DNA from: a virus
Lineage: Duplodnaviria > Caudoviricetes
Virus record (IMG/VR): IMGVR_UViG_3300020368_000002
Coordinates: 1-36,098 of that record
DNA length: 36,098 nucleotides
Strand: one strand, 5' to 3'
Shown piece after piece: positions 35,747 to 36,098 of this stretch. Each line of letters opens with the position of its first letter. Position 1 is the stretch's first letter. The notes beneath the pieces are model-generated. The model saw only the letters and a program-made list of their open reading frames with translations. It was not told the origin of the DNA and did no database searches. Made by a program: the position numbers and the translations under genes.

Positions 35747-36042
35747 TTGGTCACCTCGCATTCGGTGTCGGTGCATTCGTTCCAGTTGTAATATCGGTTG
35801 CATTGCTCCGTGCCGACGAACACCGTCTTCTCGCGGGCCACCGGCCCATCCTCCGGGTCATCGTTGTCGTACTGGATGGCTGCATCCTCTTCAGCCTGCT
35901 CAAGCAGGTCATCAGCAAGATTGTCAGCCTCGATGTCGAGGATGAAGTCATCGGGGTCTCGCCCCTCAGGCACATCCATGTAGACCTCGGTGGTCTCGCA
36001 GACGGTGGCGTACATCGTTCGTGTAACTTTGATTCTTGGCAT
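35743..36042 (-). CDS. Early acidic hypothetical protein
   Basis: 99 aa, D/E-rich, coupled to the next gene. Confidence 0.7.
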   Translation of the reverse strand: MPRIKVTRTMYATVCETTEVYMDVPEGRDPDDFILDIEADNLADDLLEQAEEDAAIQYDNDDPEDGPVAREKTVFVGTEQCNRYYNWNECTDTECEVTK

Positions 36043-36057
36043 GGTTAGTTTTCCATT

Positions 36058-36070
36058 TGGTAGGGATACG
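36058..36070 (-). repeat. 13-bp motif CG(T/G)ATCCCTACCA, also at 34541-34553
   Basis: 12/13 identical copies, both intergenic and both upstream of minus-strand starts. Confidence 0.45.
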
Positions 36071-36098
36071 GATATGGCAGGCTCATCAGTCCGGGGAT

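Larger units (their letters stand above)
1..36098 (-). mobile_element. Near-complete T7-like (Autographiviridae-type) phage or prophage, probably temperate
   Basis: Single-subunit RNAP, T7-type portal/scaffold/capsid/gp11/gp12/internal virion proteins/terS/terL in co-directional order, plus a tyrosine integrase. No host genes or att sites recognised; genome ends not visible. Confidence 0.95.

Noticed and set aside
36045-36098. CTGATGAG on the minus strand, resembling a hammerhead ribozyme core
   Set aside because: No stem II closing onto a GAAA follows, and the upstream context is cut off by the window end.
1-36098. CRISPR arrays, tRNAs, introns/inteins, terminal repeats, attP core, diversity-generating retroelement
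   Set aside because: None recognised by eye; no reverse transcriptase or repeat-spacer pattern. A computational scan is needed to exclude short elements.

Overview
The window holds most of a T7-like (Autographiviridae-type) podophage genome, almost all on the minus strand. Read right to left it has: small early genes; a tyrosine integrase; an i-type-lysozyme-like muramidase; a RecT-like annealing protein; an SF2 helicase; a Zn-finger/PD-(D/E)XK nuclease; a single-subunit RNA polymerase; a permuted NlpC/P60 protein; portal, scaffold and capsid; holin- and spanin-like membrane proteins; three short fibre-like paralogs; two tandem tail-adaptor (gp11-like) paralogs; the nozzle; three internal virion proteins, one a 2557-aa multidomain giant; terS, a metallophosphoesterase and terL; and four tiny, very basic ORFs. 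Main observations: (1) the RNAP motifs look closer to mitochondrial/plant RpoT-type enzymes than to T7 and carry substitutions in normally invariant motifs; (2) no DNA polymerase or T7-type primase-helicase is visible, while an integrase is present; (3) the gp16-like protein carries about 900 aa of enzyme-like cargo between two LYQS motifs next to a zincin protease motif; (4) a two-bulge RNA hairpin precedes the capsid gene. All family calls come from motif recognition by eye, and comparison sequences are recalled from memory. No searches were run.
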